Positions 63,933-64,000 of a stretch of DNA of 64,000 bases are shown here, one piece after another. The translations under genes were made by a program, and so were the position numbers. The notes below the pieces were generated by a model. That model made no database searches, was not told the DNA's origin, and saw only the letters and a program-made list of their open reading frames with translations. The DNA lies in assembly GCF_004010195.1 (NCBI RefSeq), contig NC_057719.1, forward strand, positions 43,268,679 to 43,332,678. Reading direction: 5' to 3'. The first letter of the stretch is position 1; each line of letters begins with the position of its first letter. Origin of the DNA: Chiloscyllium plagiosum. Lineage: Eukaryota.

Positions 63933-63960
63933 CTGAAGAAGGGCTTATGCCCGAAACGTC
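63933..63960 (+). ncRNA. Minimal type-I hammerhead ribozyme core, intact
   Basis: CTGAAGA-A-GGGC-TTAT-GCCC-GAAAC-GTC. Confidence 0.88.
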
Positions 63961-64000
63961 GATTCTCCTGTTCCTTGGATGCTGCCTGACCTGCTGCGCT

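Larger units (their letters stand above)
63404..64000. mobile_element. Young PLE insertion with inverted termini spanning a gap; runs off the window end
   Basis: 63404-63576 is largely the reverse complement of 63846-64000. Confidence 0.9.

Noticed and set aside
5364..63960. Recurring ~30-130-bp repeat as a possible CRISPR array
   Set aside because: Copies are dispersed, in both orientations, attached to PLE ends, with no regular spacers or cas genes, in eukaryotic DNA.

Overview
Eukaryotic, AT-rich, repeat-dominated genomic DNA, almost certainly from a cartilaginous fish (shark/ray). This is inferred from HE1-type V-SINEs and HER1-type CR1 LINEs. There are two assembly gaps (5727-6226, 63577-63795). 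No intact protein-coding gene can be supported: the ORFs I could identify are degraded transposon remnants or their antisense frames, and the rest are unassigned. Recognisable elements are many CR1 LINE fragments, an RTE LINE, L2-like LINE fragments, three tRNA-derived SINE families, Penelope-like elements (PLEs) of two lineages (RT + GIY-YIG), a Tigger/pogo fossil, Harbinger-type Myb/SANT gene remnants, a Gypsy-type gag remnant with a primer-binding site, and solo-LTR-like sequences. The most notable signal is a set of about a dozen minimal type-I hammerhead ribozyme (HHR) motifs (CTGAnGA-a-GGGC-nnnn-GCCC-GAAAC-GTC) carried by PLE termini. Several sit in tiny (94-268 bp) insertions flanked by target-site duplications (TSDs). 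One is a near-perfect 111-bp-arm palindrome with an intact HHR core on each strand, and four inverted arms share the same breakpoint. PLE-borne HHRs are established; the miniature TSD-flanked, fold-back forms here are the part worth testing. All family names come from motif recognition by eye; no database searches were run.
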